Shown here: one piece after another, positions 5,347-5,359 of the stretch
How positions within the stretch are numbered: the first letter of the stretch is position 1
Layout: the number at the start of each line of letters is the position of its first letter
Source of the DNA: a virus
IMG/VR virus record: IMGVR_UViG_3300017779_003210
Coordinates: 1 to 5,359 of that record
Length of the DNA stretch: 5,359 nucleotides
Strand: one strand, 5' to 3'
The notes under the pieces: generated by a model
What the model saw: only the letters and a program-made list of their open reading frames with translations
The model's database searches: none
What the model was told of the DNA's origin: nothing
Made by a program: the position numbers and the translations under genes

Positions 5347-5359
5347 GAGTATTTTTTAA
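5284..5359. repeat. Terminal direct repeat, copy 2 (circular-assembly overlap)
   Basis: Identical to 1-76. Confidence 0.97.

Noticed and set aside
1-5359. Stop-codon reassignment (alternative genetic code), as seen in some gut phages
   Set aside because: All three hallmark genes are intact and full-length under the standard code. TAG and TGA both fall where protein ends are expected, so no in-frame stop needs explaining.
1-5359. tRNA, rRNA, CRISPR array, integrase or att sites, toxin-antitoxin or defence genes
   Set aside because: No cloverleaf-capable GC-rich segment was seen, nor any spaced repeat array. No additional ORFs exist beyond the six phage genes, so there is no coding space left for such systems.

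Overview
The window is one complete genome of a small circular ssDNA phage of the family Microviridae. It is the non-phiX type (gokushovirus/alpavirus-like), and the sequence given is the complement of the coding (virion-sense) strand. Bases 1-76 are identical to 5284-5359, which is a circular-assembly overlap, so the genome unit is 5283 nt.

Six minus-strand ORFs cover about 92% of the unit. In order of transcription they are ORF84 (wraps the junction), ORF96, the major capsid protein VP1 (679 aa), ORF124, the pilot/minor capsid protein VP2 (324 aa) and the rolling-circle replication initiator VP4 (335 aa). VP1, VP2 and VP4 are recognisable from family-specific motifs read directly in the translations. 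The three small ORFs are orphans from what I can see.

No rRNA, tRNA, CRISPR array, integrase or transposase is visible. All plus-strand ORFs look like antisense artefacts.

Observations worth follow-up:
- The rep gene has no usable ATG. It sits in the same frame as VP2, separated only by TAG-AAT before a GTG.
- Two copies of a G-tract/C-tract hairpin element with conserved non-pairing flanks lie just after the VP1 and ORF124 stops. They are embedded in unusually GC-rich, multi-hairpin intergenic DNA in an otherwise AT-rich genome.
- VP1 has a long apparent surface insertion.
- The ORF84/ORF96/VP1 module is overlapping and translationally coupled.
- A-rich leaders without Shine-Dalgarno sequences, plus a TAnnTTTG box, suggest a Bacteroidota host.

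None of this could be checked against databases here. Family assignments rest on remembered motif patterns.
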